Source: Anolis carolinensis (taxonomy: Eukaryota). Taken from it: 64,000 nucleotides of DNA. The notes under the pieces were generated by a model. That model had not been told where the DNA came from. It saw only the letters and a list, made by a program, of their open reading frames with translations, and made no database searches. Where the stretch lies: contig NC_085842.1 in assembly GCF_035594765.1 (NCBI RefSeq), positions 272,661,749 through 272,725,748 on the forward strand, read 5' to 3'. Shown here in pieces: positions 63,448 through 64,000 of the stretch. The stretch's first letter is position 1, and each line of letters begins with the position of its first letter. The position numbers were made by a program, and so were the translations under genes.

Positions 63448-63506
63448 TGAAGAAGAAGAAGAGAAGAAAAGGAAGAAGAAGAAGAAGATGATGATGATGA
63501 TGATGA
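63448..63506 (+). repeat. Compound (GAA)n(GAT)n microsatellite
   Basis: Directly visible. Confidence 0.9.
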
Positions 63507-63729
63507 TCAGGGTAATTCAAAATAATAGGGGGGGGGGGAATTGTGGAAAATCCTTAGCCGGGTGATAGTTTTCCCTGTCCATTGGGTGGAGAGTTCTAGT
63601 TTGGGGTTTTGCCAGCACATTGGGATTGATCCCCCTGCTTTTCCCCTTTTCCTCACTTAAAGTTTCTGGCTAAGGCAGGAGGAGTTTTGCAAGGGAGATC
63701 CTGCAGAATTAAAGCCCTGCAATTATCAG

Positions 63730-63860
63730 GCTCCCTCCCTTTTGCAAGCCCCGGTTTAAGCGTGGGAAGACAAAGTGGTTCACAAGGGAGATCCTCCCTC
63801 CACTTTTGCAAGCCCGGGTTTAAGCGCGGGAAGACAAGATCCAGGCTCCCTCCATTTCTG
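63730..63860 (+). repeat. ~63-bp tandem repeat x2 (probably part of another repeat element)
   Basis: ctccctcc..ttttgcaagccc(c/g)ggtttaagcg(t/c)gggaagacaa occurs twice. Confidence 0.7.
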
Positions 63861-64000
63861 AAGCTGGTTTAAGAGACCCATAGAAACCAACCACTCCAAA
63901 ACGGGAAGGGGATCTTCCATGTCAGTTGGGGGTGGAGCCTCCAACAGAAGTTGAGGGATGCGATGGGCTACATGCCCATTTGAATAGCAAAGGTTGCTTG

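Overview
Eukaryotic, AT-rich, repeat-dense genomic DNA, most likely from a squamate reptile (Anolis-like). The basis is a Sauria SINE, ACASINE2-like SINEs, CR1/L2/L1 LINEs, a Penelope-like element and hAT and Harbinger-type MITEs. I could not support any host protein-coding exon, so the window looks like a large intron or gene desert. The dominant structure is a ~17.2-kb composite hAT (Ac-family) DNA transposon (~46209-63391) set in a (TA)n tract. It carries an uninterrupted 824-aa BED-finger/DDE transposase ORF, five different internal tandem arrays, a 20-bp palindrome present 10 times in the right arm, a possible decayed convergent second reading frame, and a full-length L1 (54114-60389, 15-18-bp TSD) whose ORF2 has three single-base lesions. 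Elsewhere there are solo LTRs with TSDs, a twin-primed (5'-inverted) L1 fragment, a Penelope element with two inverted hammerhead-ribozyme motifs, a 1.4-kb tandem duplication with a templated-filler deletion, and nested insertions. All family names come from recognising motifs by eye; no database search was run.
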